NCBI GenBank assembly: GCA_038087875.1
Contig: CM075986.1
Span: 14,632,001 to 14,696,000, forward strand
Length of the DNA stretch: 64,000 nucleotides
Source of the DNA: Malacoraja senta
Taxonomy: Eukaryota
Reading direction: 5' to 3'
The position numbers and the translations under genes were made by a program. The notes beneath the pieces were generated by a model. That model saw nothing but the letters and a program-made list of their open reading frames with translations. It was not told the origin of the DNA and made no database searches. Of the stretch, positions 35,390-48,159 are shown in pieces (position 1 is the first letter of the stretch; the number at the start of each line of letters is the position of its first letter).

Positions 35390-36300
35390 ATTTCAGATTT
35401 TCAGCAACTACAAGTTTGATTTTCATTCTCCCACAGGGATTTTGGACGGGAAGTTCAGGGATTTGGGCACAGCTGCAAAACAGAAAGGATAGCGGTAAAG
35501 TACTCCGAGTGAGATATTGATGTCCTGGTGATTGATGTATTTCAGCAGGGAAAACGCACTTACCACAGAACAATGCCAGAAATGATTTCACAACATTTTC
35601 AGATAAGTCAACGTGATCTCTCGTCACCTTAACTAGATGTGTGTAAAGACGCACATGCACATATATGTGCACACTCATACACACCCACAATCACACATAC
35701 ACATGCACACACACACACACACACACGTGCACACGTGCGCACAGGCACAGGCACATACATGTACATACACATACATGTGCATACACAGTCTCTTCTTAAA
35801 CCCCGTCCCTACCTCCCAAAGAAAGTGGCCCCTCCAAAAATACCTGCCTCTCCACTGGTTGATCAACGTGCAATGAAATTATTATTTACTTCACAGCCTT
35901 GAGAGAAACTGCCTGGAGTGGAAGGAAGGGCAGTTGGTTGGGAGGGACCACTCAGGCTTTGCACACCCCCTTGCCAGGCAATGGAGAGGTGCTCCTCCTC
36001 CTCCGCATGGATGGAGTCCACTGATGCCTCCAGTAAATGTTCCTCAGTAGTTACACCAAGAGTGCAGTCCCTGCTGGTTGGAGCACTTGGTGAGGTACAT
36101 GAGCATTTCCATTGAGATTCGAATCTGCCCCGTGAAGATTCTGGATGAGGTGCCCTTCAGGTGGCATTGAGACGTCAAACCTGGACTGTTGTGCTGCTGC
36201 CTGTGATGGCAGAATTGACCTGGGAGCTGCCGTTTCTGTCAGGAAGGCTTCAAACATGCAGTGCATGACAATTGACATCGCTAGGTGTGTGACTAATACA
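35390..36300 (-). pseudogene. Putative decayed MARCHF10-like exon fragment
   Basis: FLTETAAPRS..FDVSM..LHGADSNLNGNAHV, frameshift, SRDCT..EEH..SVDSIH; later SPGH and PFCFAAV. Resembles remembered human MARCHF10 FISGRPISPRS..VDLSM..VHSSDSEGNSGFHV..RNRT..ENH..VNSAH..EGH..PFTFFAV. Orientation fits synteny. Confidence 0.4.
35638..35790. repeat. (CA)-rich compound microsatellite
   Basis: cacacacacacacacacgtgcacacgtgc... Confidence 0.9.
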
Positions 36301-37489
36301 GGGAAAACATCAGATAATCGTCCGCATTAAAAATCAGTCGTCATGGTGCTACAAAGGTCACCTTGACTTATCCGGAGCGGATACAAAATTTACAATTGGC
36401 ACAGTTTTTCCTGGAAAATAGTCACACAAAAAATTATTCCTCCGGTCTGAAGAAAGTCACCTGCACTTTATGTTTTGCTCAACTTTCCAGCATTTGAAGT
36501 TTCTTGTGCCTCTAAAATGTACTCCTTTTATAATTGGAGTGAAATCAAGGAACAGGTGGCACAAGGGACCCGATGCAGATTGAGGGTAAGGCACAAGTCT
36601 ATGGTACTGATGCACTACAACGCTGACAACTATATTCTACACAGTCTATCTTCCCCTTTGATCCATCAATTGTACTTGAGTTCGACTGAATTGTAGTTAA
36701 ATATGGTATATCTAATCTGTCAGGGTAGCATGCAAAACAAAGATTTTCACTGTACATATGACAATAATAAACCTAAACCTATGAGGAGATGAAAAGATGG
36801 GGCTGTTCAGAATGTTCTTTTTAAATTTCAATGGCATCCCAACTCATCATGGATTTATCAATAACATCGGAAGGACCAGAATCAACGGATAAGCAGAGGA
36901 ATAGATTGTTAGTAGACCGCAGGACAACGAGCAGCCTGGATTGGAGGACGTTGGTTATGTGGAGAGACTGGTTCGGCTGAGCATGTTTGCCTTGAAACAA
37001 AGGATGGTGAAGCCTCACCTTATAGAAGTGTGTAAGATTATGAGATAAGGTTAGATAGTCAGAATTCTTTTCCCCAAGGGGTAAGTATCAAATAGAAAAG
37101 GGCATAGGCTTAAGGCATTTTAAAGGGGATCTGAGGAGTAAGGTTTTTACATAGGGAGTGGTTGATATCTGAAGTGCGTTGCCTGAGGAGGTGGTGGTAT
37201 CAGGTACAGCTACTATATTTAAGAGGCATTAAGTGGACAGATAAGGATATCGTCTTAATGCGGGCAAATTGAACGAGTGTAGATGGGCAAAAAGGTCCTC
37301 ATGAATGTGGTGGGATGAAAGGCCTGTGTCTGTGTCCAGCCCGTTTGCTCTGACTATTACTCCATGAGCAGCAGGATGAGATAAAGGGCAGAAGACAAAA
37401 GTGGGATCAAAGCTGGGATTCCTGGTGTTTATAATTTACAATATCAATCTAACCTTTGTAAGGATGGGTAAGTTGATAGGTTTATATCA

Positions 37490-37819
37490 ATGGAGATTAC
37501 TTGTAGCCGGTTCGAATCCCGCTTGGAGTGCATACTGTCGTTGTGTCCTTGGGCAAGACACTTCACCCACCTTTGCCTGCGTGTGAATGTGTGTGAATGT
37601 GTGTGTGTGTGAATGTGTGTGAGTGATTGGTGGTGGTCGGAGGGGCCGTAGGCGCAGATTAGCAGCCACGCTTCCGTCAGTCTGCCCCAGGGCAGCTGTG
37701 GCTACAGAAGTAGCTCACCACCACCGAGTGTGACTGAGGAGTGAATGAATAATGCGATGTAAAGCGCCTTGAGCATTAGAAAGGCGCTATATAAATCCCA
37801 TCCATTATTATTATTATTA
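37490..37819 (+). mobile_element. CORE-type SINE with L2 tail (AFC-SINE-like)
   Basis: B-box ggttcgaatcc, CORE gtgtccttgggcaagacactt, gccccagggcagctgtggctac, L2 tail gtaaagcgccttgag..gcgctatataaat (ATT)n. Confidence 0.85.
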
Positions 37820-39184
37820 TGAGGGAGAAAAGAGACCATTCGATCGGTCAGGTCTATGCCAGCTCACTGCAGAGCAATCCGATCAGGCCCATTCCCCAAC
37901 TCATACAGTCACACAGAACAGAAAAGGTGAGAGGGAAAATATTGAATAGGAATCTGAGGGGCAACTTTTTTATCCAGAGGGTACAGAGTGTTGGTGGGTA
38001 TATGGAATGAGCAGCCAGAGAGGTTAGCTGAGACAGATATTGTAACCACATTTTATGATATGGTACGATACGATAGTCCTTTATTTATCCCAGGAGGGAA
38101 ATTGGTCCGCCAACAGCCATAAAACGCAACAAGATACATGAAATTAAAGTGTGAGTGGAATGTCCAGGATTAGGGATGCGCAAATACTGGGATTAGAGGG
38201 ATATGGGCTGAGCGTTTAGAGGGATATGGGCTGAGCGTGGGATGGTAGGACTAGTGTCGGTCAGCATGGGAATGTTGGGCCGAAGGGCCTGTTTCTGTGC
38301 TCTATGACTGTGACTCTGTAACACAGACACAGGTACACAGAGCACAAGAGCAGGATGTAAAATTACAAAAGGCCTAATGCAAGTGCATGATTTTTAAGGT
38401 GGTGATAACATCAGCCCAAGTCCCAAATTAGATGATTTTTAAATATCTGAGAACTATTGATATTCCCATCTCCAATAATATCTAATGAAACTGCGAATCC
38501 ACTCAGTTTTTTTTCTTCTTTTATGCTCTGTCACTTTTAACTCTACCTCATTGGGTTATTCTGTAATTGCACCAGCATTGTTTTTTGCTTGACCAGGTTG
38601 CACTACAATCTTTGCACCCTTCTGATGTTTTGCATTCATTGTTGTATCCATCATTATCATGTGTACCGTGTACTCTATGAGTTTCATGCAATCAAAGAAT
38701 TTCATTGCACCTTGATGCATACGACAATAAACTAATCTGAATATGAGTTTCTGACAACACCACGGTAATCCTGGAGGGATAGTAGTTACAGATAGAGATG
38801 ATTTTTCTCAAACATTTCTAAGCCTGTAGCTACACATCTAACTTTCACCAGAATACACTCCCCCTCCCCCCCCCAATACTGTGATCCCTGTCCCATGATC
38901 GCAGAGCTGTTGAATGGTATTAACCAAAAAAGAGCAGGGTCCCTAAAACAGATTCCAGAATTGTCTGTTTGGATCCAGCAACGCCGCTACAGCCCAGTTC
39001 ACTGTAATTAATGTAACTATTCCAATGAGATTGGTACTTGTACAATTAACTTATACCAACTTGCTTCATTTAGCATTCAGGTCTGCTTTTAATCTTCCCC
39101 CAGCAGAAGTCATGACACACACTGGCTTGATAAATTTCCACTTACTGCTTTTTTTTTTTTCGGTGTGAAGCAATTTATGCACAC

Positions 39185-39419
39185 TGACTTTCTCAGGCTA
39201 TCTCTTGGGCTGTCCGCGATATAATTTTTCATCATTAGTGTCATCTCTTTTGTCTGAAGCTGCCTCCTGAATATTCATGCATCCAAGCCTCTGTAGAACA
39301 GTGCGGAGAGTGGGGGGAGGGCTGTGCCTTTTCAAGTCCCCGTGTGCTATTCTCCTCTGGTGGGATGTTCAGCCTTCGTCGTGGTGTTCATCGTCACTGG
39401 CTCCTCTCCTGCCAGCCAT
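39185..39419 (-). pseudogene. Putative decayed MARCHF10-like fragment
   Basis: GRRGASDDE / EEN..G..SPHSP / NDEKLYRGQPKR*PE versus human SRRESDDTE / EECLWVGVRSPCSP / NAENCRGHSSRRSE; contains stops and frameshifts. Confidence 0.35.
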
Positions 39420-39737
39420 TCCCACCCCCCCCCCCCACCCCCCATTGCAAATAACTCCTTCAATGGTTTGACATATTTTGTGTTTATTTAAAAAACAGTG
39501 CGATGGAAAAAGTCAGTCGCAGATTTACATGGGATGATCTGCCCCATTGTTCGACGGAACTGGTATACGATTTCCACAAAGTGTGTTGAGCACAGCAGCC
39601 AATGCCTCAAGGACCTCTGGAATCCTCTCTCCCGTCCAAAATAGAAGTCTGCGCTTCCAGAATATATTCTATTTTATTTGCACAGATGGTGGTCCTTTAA
39701 TTTGATTCAGATTTTACCTATTTTGGACATGTTGCTC

Positions 39738-40000
39738 TGTTCATAAGTTATAGGAGCAGAATTAGCCCATTCAGCCCATCAAGTCTTCTCTGCCATTCAA
39801 TCATGGCTCACCTACCTTTCCCTCTCAACCCCATTCTTCTGCCTCTTCTCCACAACCCTCGACACCCGTACTAATCAAGAATCTATCAATCTCCGCTCTA
39901 AAAATATCCATTGACTTGGCCTCCACAGCCTTCTGTGGCAATGAATTCCACACTCACCACTCTCTGACTAAAGAAATTCCTCCTCATCTCCTCTCGAAAA
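39738..40000 (-). mobile_element. CR1 3' fragment
   Basis: Reverse CR1 tail; a similar piece lies at 40560-40735. Confidence 0.8.
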
Positions 40001-40857
40001 GATGTGCCGAACATTTACTTCATATGGGAAACATGAAGGAGGTGATTGATTTTAAACTACAGAATGGAGACAGGCCTCGCCACCCACCGAGTCCATGCTG
40101 ACCATTCCCACTAGCTCTATGTTATCCCACTTTTGCAGAAAGTTGTCAGGAATCTTCCCTCTTTCTCCCACCTCACAATTATTAAGACCTGGAGCAGGAA
40201 AGATCTTTGGGCACACGCACTACAGCAAAGTTAGCACTAAAAAAGGACACAAAGTGCAGGAGTTAGCAGGTCAGGCAGTATCACAGGAGAACATGGATAA
40301 GTGATGTTTCGGGTCGGGACCCTTCAGTCCCACCACTAAATTCTAATTAAGTGAGTCAAGTGGATTTTATTCATATGCCCCGTGTGAAACAGACCAATGA
40401 AATTCTTACTTGCAGCAGCACACAACAGGTTTGTGAACATAGTACTCAATAGACAATTAAAAGAAGTTAAAAATAACAATATTGTACAAAACCAGTACAA
40501 AGTACAAAGTTCCTAGTGCAATCGAGGCAGTTCGTAGTTTGGAGTTTAGTTGGAGTTTGTAGTTCATAGTTCATAAGTTCCAGGAGCAGAATTAGGCCAT
40601 TCAACCCATCAAGTCTACTCCGCCATTCAATCACGGCTGATCTATCTTTCCCCTCTCAACCCCATTCTCCTGCCTTCACCTCATAACCTTTGACACTCTT
40701 ACTAATCAAGAATCTGTCAATCTCTGCCTTAAAAAAGTGGTGTTCAATTGCTTGATGGTTGTTGGGAAGCCGCTGGTGTTCATGAATCTGAATGTCACAG
40801 TTTTCTGGCTCCAATGTCTTCTTCCCAATGGCAGGAGTGAATATAAATGCAACATGT

Positions 40858-40987
40858 GAAGGAAGGAACTGCAGATGTTGGTTTAAACTGAAGATAGACA
40901 CAAAATGCTGGGGTAACTCAGCGGGATAGGCAGCATCTCTGGAGAGAAGGAATGGGTGACATTTCGGCTCGAGACCCTTCTTCAGAC
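40858..40987 (-). mobile_element. Penelope-terminus/hammerhead insertion
   Basis: 10-bp TSD tgcaacatgt (40848-40857, 40988-40997); ends at cccttcttcagac. Confidence 0.9.
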
Positions 40988-41939
40988 TGCAACATGTTGG
41001 GATACTGGCAACGATCGAGTGGCGACGCAGGGTGACTTGGTGACAGGAGGGATGACCTGTCAAGCCCATTGATTTTCTGAAAGTAATTACTTCATTTTAA
41101 TTTCAGAGGAGAGAGAAGCAGCAGCAAAGGGGAGGCAGCGAGGTGGAGATATTTTTCTTCCTGGCCCTCAATGGATTTTAAAGAACAGCATTGTCCTTGA
41201 CGCCAGGAAACTGAGATGCAGCCTCGTCCAAGTGCATTCTTTAACTTGCTCAAATTTCTTGTTGAGATGCTGACAAATGTTAGGCAGGAAACTGCTGTGA
41301 TTTCCTGAATTCTAAGATGAATTCTGCATGATCGGGGAATAATGCCATCATTTATGACTTGTTTTGTTATTTCTCCACCACCGCCTTGGGGGCGGTGGCA
41401 GAGTGACAATCTCACCAGACTAGTTGGCTAAACCCCTGTACCAATACCAAAGATGTAAGTTCTTATCCCAACCTCCCTGCCGTAGAACTTACATTTAGAT
41501 AGATAATATTTTTAAGGAGAGTTTTGATGATGGCAATTGGGAACTTGCAGCATTGGCAATAAAAACCCATCCTGTTAACTCATGACACTCCGTGGAGGGA
41601 TTTATGCCATTTGCCAGGTCTGGCCTTCTTGTGACTCCAGACACACTGTGGAGGCAAAATCCTGACAAATCCCCCCATCACGCTATGCGGTACTGCAGTC
41701 ATGCTAAATGGGATAGTTTTAGACAAGTCTGATGGCTCAAGATGCAGTGTGGACTATCAGCAGCAGCTGGAACTCACAGCCCCACAATATGTAACCTCAT
41801 GGTCTGGTATACTCCATGTTAATATGTTACTACCAGGCTAACGGATCGATCATCGTTCAATGAGGGGTGCTTAAGTCCACCCAGATTCACATTCTTCCTA
41901 ATCATCAGAACCAGCATCTAGCAGGCAGAGCTAAGCAAT

Positions 41940-42640
41940 CGGGTAAGGAAAGGGGTAAGGAAATTCAAAACTTTCTCCAAAGACGCTTACCAATTTGTGC
42001 AGACGCCTCATAGAAAGCATCCTCATGGGTGGATCACAGTTTGGTTTGGCAACTGATCCGTCCAAGACTGAAGAAATTGCAGAGAGTTCTGCACGCAGCC
42101 CAGCCCATCACACAAAACAGCTTCACTCCAACTGGCTTCATCTGCACTTCACGTTACCTTGGAAAAACAGCCAACATAATCAAGGATCACTCACACCCTG
42201 GTCATTCTTTCTCCCCTCTCTCATCGGGCAGAAGATACAAAAGCTTGAAAACACATATCACCTCATTTAAGAACAGCTAACAATGTTATCAGACTTTTGA
42301 ATGGACCTCTCATGTGGTACGTATGTATTCCCAATCTTCCAATCTACCTTCTTGCAACTTTGGTCTGCACTTTCTCTGTAGCTGTAACAATGTATTTTGC
42401 ACTTTGTTTATTCTCGCCTTTTGCGAAACTCGTTGTATTTGTAACACTGATCTGTTCTGTAGTCAATGCCTACTATGTTCTGTTGTGCTGAAGCAAAGCA
42501 AGAATTTCATTGTCCCATCAGGGAGACATGACAATAAACTCTCTTGAATCTTGAAATGGTATGATTGCACTTATTTATGGTATGATCTGCCTGGATAGCA
42601 CGCAAAGTTTCTCACTGTTGATGCACATGACAATAATAAA
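41940..42640 (+). mobile_element. Rex1/Babar 3' fragment
   Basis: IESILMG..; KTANIIKDHSHPGH..SGRRYKSL..FKNS. Confidence 0.8.
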
Positions 42641-43099
42641 TGAATAGCAATGCCGATGATGGGCTGAATGGTGCCCTTCAATGTCATGGAGATTATCTGA
42701 CTTTGTGGTGTGATTGGAGTTTTATCCCCAGCCCTACATGGAGACAGTGAAGTGCAAGATTTGCGTCTGTTCCAAAGCTTTGGAAATGTGTTAGGTTAAA
42801 GTTGGAATAAGAAATGAATTCAATGAGCGAGTGGAGAAAAGCAGAGTCATTATATTGGAAATAATTAGCACTGGGAAAATGTTGCTCGGTTAAGATAGTT
42901 CCCATGACCACACATTGCTTTATTTTAAATTAGTTTCCATGTTTAAACCATTCCCCTGACGGCCACTTACTTTCCCACAATACATAAAGCATGCCAGCAA
43001 TGAAAAGTCATCTAAATTATCAGGGGCTGTGCTGCATTGTACTGAACCCTTGGAAGGGCACATTAAGCAGGTGGTTTTAATGCCTTTGATCATTATATG

Positions 43100-43820
43100 G
43101 AGGAGGAAGGTAGAGGCTTTTGATGGAGGGGAGAGCTGTGACCATGATGGACCGGGCTGAGTCCACCGATCTTGGTAGCCTTTTGCATTTTTGTGTGTTG
43201 GTATTGCCGTACCAGGCCACGATACAACCAGCCAGGATACTTCCTGCAGTGTATCTGGACAACCGAGGGCAGGTCATCCGAGTTCTGTTTCACCTCAAAC
43301 GTTATTCAAATCTAGGAAAGCTCCAGAACTCTCCAGACGGTAAATTAAGGGATATCCTTGCACCCTGCATTATACATCCTGGGGTGATGATAATCATCAT
43401 CAATGGGATCTATAGGAGGCACTGCCTCAAGAAGACAACTAATATCATGAAAGACCCACACCACTCTGGCCAAGCTCTCATACCACCGCCTACACCAGGA
43501 AGGAGATACAGGAGCCTGAGAACAGTTACTTCCATGTTCAAGAACAGCTTCTTCCCTTCAACCATCAAATTCTTCAACCGCCTTTACAACCTTAATCACA
43601 AACCAACCTCAGCACCAAACTACCATGGACTTTGCACTCAAGTTGCACTATGTGCTTTGTGACTTGGCTTCCACTATCGTGGTTTACATAGAATAACTGA
43701 TAATATTTTGTCTATTTATTTATTTATTGTGCTGCCACTTTTAATGTGCCTGTAAACCAGCAGCATGTAAGAATTTCTCTGTTCTTGTCCGGTGCTTATG
43801 ACAATTAAATACTCTTGACA
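43100..43820. mobile_element. Rex1/Babar fragments in opposite orientations
   Basis: Minus strand SILAGCIVAWYGN (43100-43280); plus strand YRRHCLKKTTNIMKDPHH..FKNSFFPSTIKFFN (43400-43820). Confidence 0.75.
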
Positions 43821-44125
43821 CTCTTAAATATCAAAGAAGACAAGTTGTGTTTGTATAGGCCTGGGCTCGTCATTAGGCAAGGTGTTTTCGATATCCCTTC
43901 TTTTACCATCTGAAGGTGTGTTTGAATCCGACTTCAGAATATGGACAACCTAAATTAAAGTAATTCAGTCGGGAATACTGGTGATCATAAAATTATTTGA
44001 TTGCTACGAAAAACGTTTGATTCATCAAAGTCCTGCAGGAAATCTGCCACTTATCTGAATCCATCAGGTATGAGGTCTCCCAATTCAGTCCTCACATTGG
44101 GACCATTGTAGATGATGCCAACACC

Positions 44126-44927
44126 CAGGGCCGGCTTTAGGAGGTGCGGTCCCAATTGGGAACAATTTTGGTGAGCCCCAGGTTCCCAGCCAAGCTCTGT
44201 AGAATCATAGAAATACAAATAAAGTCTATTATAGACTTTATATCTCTATGGTAAAATGGAAAGTAATCAAAATGTGCACTTAAAAAGTGCCTGCGAGTTA
44301 ATGGACCAAACCATATAACCATATAACCATATAACCATAACAGCACGGAAACAGGCCATCTCGGCCCTTCAAGTCCGTGCCGAACATTTTAATTTTTTTT
44401 TTTTTTAAATTAAAAATAAATACTTCCCCCTAGTCCCATCTACCTGCACTCAGACCATAACCCTCCATTCCTTTCCCGTCCATATACCCATCCAATCTAT
44501 TTTTAAAGGATAACATCGAACCTGCCTCCACCACTTCCACTGGAAGCTCATTCCACACAGCTACCACTCTCTGAGTAAAGAAGTTCCCCCTAATGTCCTT
44601 ACAGACCCAAACAGATCTAAGCTGCATTTTAATATAAAATTGCAAACATGTAAGCCTACAAGTAACAAACAAAATGTGTAGATCACCTCTGAAAAGTACA
44701 TAGTTACAATACCACATGTTCACCTCCCCCTTCTACATTCCCCCTCACACCCCCCTCCCCGTCCACCCCTTTCTCCCCCCTCCACCCGGGGTAGATCTAC
44801 CCGAGCCGAGAGTAGATTACTCCAAAGATCCTAGAGCGGAGCTTTGGATTACTCCAGCGCGGGGCGCCCCCTTACGCGCGAGGCCCAATTGGGAGCAATC
44901 GGTCCAATCGGCTTAAGGCCGGCCCTG
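44126..44927. mobile_element. Non-autonomous hAT element containing a CR1 3' fragment (44309-44597, minus)
   Basis: TIR cagggccggcttta / taaggccggccctg; perfect 8-bp TSD ccaacacc (44118-44125, 44928-44935). Confidence 0.92.
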
Positions 44928-45429
44928 CCAACACCCAAATCAGATGCACGAAAAACATACAAAGTCACACGTGATGACATTTCTAACTTTGATTACAACC
45001 ATTCTCTAACTGTGGCGGGGTGATAAAACTGACTGGAGATATTTAAACATCCATTCATTGGTTGGTCTGTTTGGTCGGCAATGATTGCTGTCTGAGTTAG
45101 TGTGATCTTACTCAGTCTTACTGAGGCAAGTCCACAAAATCCCAAGGTATGGCAGCAGGACACATATTCTGAACCCTATTTAACGCTGCAACATTCTACT
45201 CAGATGCCCTGCTTCCTTTCTCCCTCCGCAGGTTCCATCAGGCAAGATGGAACAAATGGCTAAAGCCCTGATGCTGAGGTGGGATTCAAACTCACATCAC
45301 TAGGCTTCTAAATGTTGATGCAGTAACCTAACCACCATGCCACTGCAACTGTTCTGTAGAAATAAATGTGTAATCAATGCCTCATTGTTCTTTTTAACCA
45401 TTTAAGGAAATTGTCATGTTAACTATGTC

Positions 45430-45720
45430 AAGGATAGTGGCGCAGTGGTAGAGTTGCTGCCTTATAGCCCCAGAGACCTGGGTTCCACCCTGACTACAGG
45501 TGCTTTATGGAGTTGTACGTTCTCCCCGTGACCATGTGAGTTTTCTCTGGGAGCTCCGGTTTCCTCACACACTCCAATGACGTACAGGTTTGTAGGTTAA
45601 TTGGCTTCTGTAAATTGTAAATTGTCCCTAGTGTGTAGGATAGTGTTGGTGTACGGGGCGAACGCTGGTCAGCGCGGACTCGGTGGGCTGAAGGCCACTG
45701 TATCTCTAAAGTAAAGTCTA
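45430..45720 (+). mobile_element. HE1-like V-SINE
   Basis: Head, V-domain and tail. Confidence 0.85.
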
Positions 45721-46794
45721 AAGTTGGTTGCCTTTGACATTACTGACCATAGCATCCTCCTCCAGCCCCTTGCTGCTGTCATCCAGCTGCTTACAACAAG
45801 CTCCTTTTGTCTTACAGACCGAGTCTTGGGAGCATGAACCAAAAGCACATGCATCCACGTCCATCTATGGAACGTGCAGGTGGCCTCCCTGCTGAATTCT
45901 GTTCCAGGAGTGTGAAGCTAGGTCACCACTGAGCAGTGGAAACAGGCATCTTATTAACAGGAGGCAATCCAACAATTTCATGGACTCTATTATTCCAGAT
46001 TGAATTACTTGAATTTAACGAGGTGGGATTCAGACTCGTATCTCTAGGATTCGAGATACTGATCCAGTAACCTAGCACTGTACAAAAAACAATCTAATCA
46101 TGGGTGAGGTGGCAATGGAGTGATTGTCATGCCACCAATTGAGACTGCCAAGTAGATGATCCAACCTGATATCCTCCCTTAGTTGCCAAAAGTCACACCT
46201 TTTGGCCATTTTAGTTCATTGCACATACATTCAAGAGAATAGCTGAGGGTACTGAACACCGGAAAGATTATGGCAACAACGTCCCAGCTGAAGACTTGTG
46301 CTGCATAATTTACTATAACTCAAGCCAGGCTGTTCCATAAGAATTACAATATCGACAGTACCCGACACAATGTATAGTGTGTGTCGGAAGGATCTGCGAA
46401 TGCTGGTTTAAACCGAAGATAGACACAAAAAGCTGGAGTATCTCAGCGGGTCAGACAGCATCTCTGGAGAAAAGGAATAGGTCACATTTTGGGTCGAGAT
46501 CCATAAAAAGTAAGACTAATCCAACTTGGCTATTGACTGCTCTCATTCTAAGTGATGGAAGTTGTCTTCGACAATTCAAACATCCGGAGAAAACCCACGC
46601 GGTCAAAGGGAGAATGTACAAACTCTGTATAGACAACCACGGTCTCTGGAGCTGTAAGGCAGCAATATTCTTACATAAACAACACCAATTGGTCAAATTT
46701 CTCATTCTTCAGGCTTGCACTAGTGTGGTACACTCCCACATGACTGGTCGGATAAACATCTGAAAGACGGAAGATCCATGGCCATTCTGACTGG

Positions 46795-46888
46795 AACGGA
46801 CACAAAGTGCTGGAGTAACTCAGCGGGTCAGGCAGCATCTCTGGAGAACACGGATAGGTGATGTTTTGGGTTGAGACCCTTCTTCAGA
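46795..46888 (-). mobile_element. Penelope-terminus/hammerhead insertion
   Basis: TSD cattct(g/a)actgg (46783-46794, 46889-46900). Confidence 0.85.
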
Positions 46889-47830
46889 CATTCTAACTGG
46901 GTCTTCCTTGCACACCTCACAAGAGGGTCTGTGCAGACTTTATCTTCCTTCCTTCCCTTGACTGGGAAGTGAGCAAAATCTCAGGAAGGAAAAGAAAATT
47001 AAGTAAAAGAAAATAATCAGAGCCTGTCATCAGCAGGAAAACAAAGATATTTTGAGAAGCAGAAGATAGTGTGGGTGACAGATAAGTCTCCAGCTGTAAT
47101 TATGTGTAGGATGATATTTGCACTATAAACAAGGGCAAAGTACAACTGCAATAATATTTCTACTACCGCCTGTGTCTGGCTGTTTATTACACTTATCTAT
47201 CTGTTTGTTCTTTGCCAATAAAATATCTTTTCTGAATGGGCTCCATTTAGATTTTGTTACAAATTCTACAGGAAGCCAAAAGCTGAATTCCTGCCATTTG
47301 ATGGGTTCATTTGCGTCTGCTGCAAACCATCTTTGGTTCCATCACTTTGACCTTATCACCATGGTAACCGGGCTGCAGCAAGCGCATCTCATCACTGGAG
47401 CAATGCAACAGCAGCTCGTCTCGGGTTCATTTCCACTCAGTTACCGCTGCAAACCTACTGAGCGTACACCCTCTCAGCTCAGCCAGCTCCATAGTAACAC
47501 CCAGAAGAAAGATTCCTGCTCTCATTCCGTGCGGTGATCAACATGAAGAGTTCCAGCTTGGGATTTATTTCCTCTGGTTAAAAAAAACATTGTGCTGATG
47601 TGGAAAAATATCTTGGCAACCAAAGACATTGAAAATAAAGCTAGAAACTATAGCAGGAAGGGAACAAGGAGTGGGGGGTTGGAATTGGTGGTTATGCATC
47701 AAACCACCACATACAGTATTTGTAAATCTCAACATGAAGAAAAATCTTCCCTCTTTTCAGTGCCTGTTTGTATTGTCTGTTGCTGGGAGCTGGCTGGTTC
47801 CCCTTTCATTACCAGTGCATATCCTGTTAC

Positions 47831-47927
47831 CTGATCAATGTTTCAAATGATGCTTCCTTATGTTGCTCTCTATTCTTCCTACCTCCAGTTGAGAGGGTCG
47901 GAGGCAGGGAGAGGGGGGTCACAGTGC
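47831..47927 (-). pseudogene. Putative MARCHF10-like exon fragment
   Basis: ag|...|gtaaca bounded; PPTLSTGGRKNREQHKEASFETLI versus human PPLTPTTVGGPRKASFRFRDEDFYSIL. Confidence 0.3.
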
Positions 47928-48159
47928 CTGTAACTCAAGATCTTGTCTGGAAGTAATTTTAATCAGGAATTTCACAGTAGTGCCGAGGTTCATCGATTTT
48001 CAGTGACTCTCAGAACATTGTGCACTATCTTATTTGTCAATGCTGAACGCCAAAGCGCGTGATGTTATACACCAAGCAGTGTAGCCTTCTCTTCTCAGAA
48101 ACAGAAGGTCATGGATTGTGTATCCCACTCCAGGAGCAGCGCACAATAACCAGGCCGAT

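Noticed and set aside
35637-35902. His/Thr-rich ORFs
   Set aside because: Translation of a (CA)n microsatellite.
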